From: Octopus vulgaris
Lineage: Eukaryota
Reading direction: 5' to 3'
Assembly (NCBI GenBank): GCA_951406725.2
Contig: OX597815.1
Span: forward strand, 88,412,001-88,476,000
Length of the DNA: 64,000 nucleotides
The first letter of the stretch is position 1; every line of letters starts with the position of its first letter. Below the pieces are notes generated by a model. It worked only from the letters and a program-made list of their open reading frames with translations. It was not told where the DNA came from and did no database searches. The translations under genes and the position numbers were made by a program. Of the stretch, positions 63,837 to 64,000 are shown piece by piece.

Positions 63837-64000
63837 TATATAATTGAAACATCTACTTCTTTTGTCTCGTACTCAACACACCAAATTCAATTAACACGCA
63901 CGAAATAAAGAACGCCTTCATTTAAATATTCAAACACGTATGGTTGCAATTGTATGCGTATATATATATATATATATATATATACATACACACATTTATA

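Overview
This is AT-rich, microsatellite-dense eukaryotic DNA, not prokaryotic. The repeat families look like those of a coleoid cephalopod (probably Octopus); that is recognition by eye, not a database result. Nearly all ORFs in the supplied track come from microsatellites, AT-rich noise or decayed transposons. Host coding signal is one convincing minus-strand exon (60135-60531) plus two 60-nt phase-1/phase-1 candidate exons (16315-16374, 1215-1274) that join it in frame, so most of the window may be intron of one large unidentified gene. Transposon relics include two Penelope-like elements (RT + GIY-YIG), HERO and R4/Dong-type RLE retrotransposons, an L1/Tx1 3' end, L2/Jockey-group RT, Tc1, mariner, maT and Tigger/pogo fragments, MITEs, Helitron-like elements and tRNA-derived SINEs. 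The most notable non-coding signal is hammerhead ribozymes: a 549-bp tandem unit with a canonical type I hammerhead core in each copy (retrozyme/pLTR-like), a TSD-flanked insertion joining a tRNA-derived Pol III head to a hammerhead module, and several decayed hammerheads, one at the 3' end of a Penelope relic.
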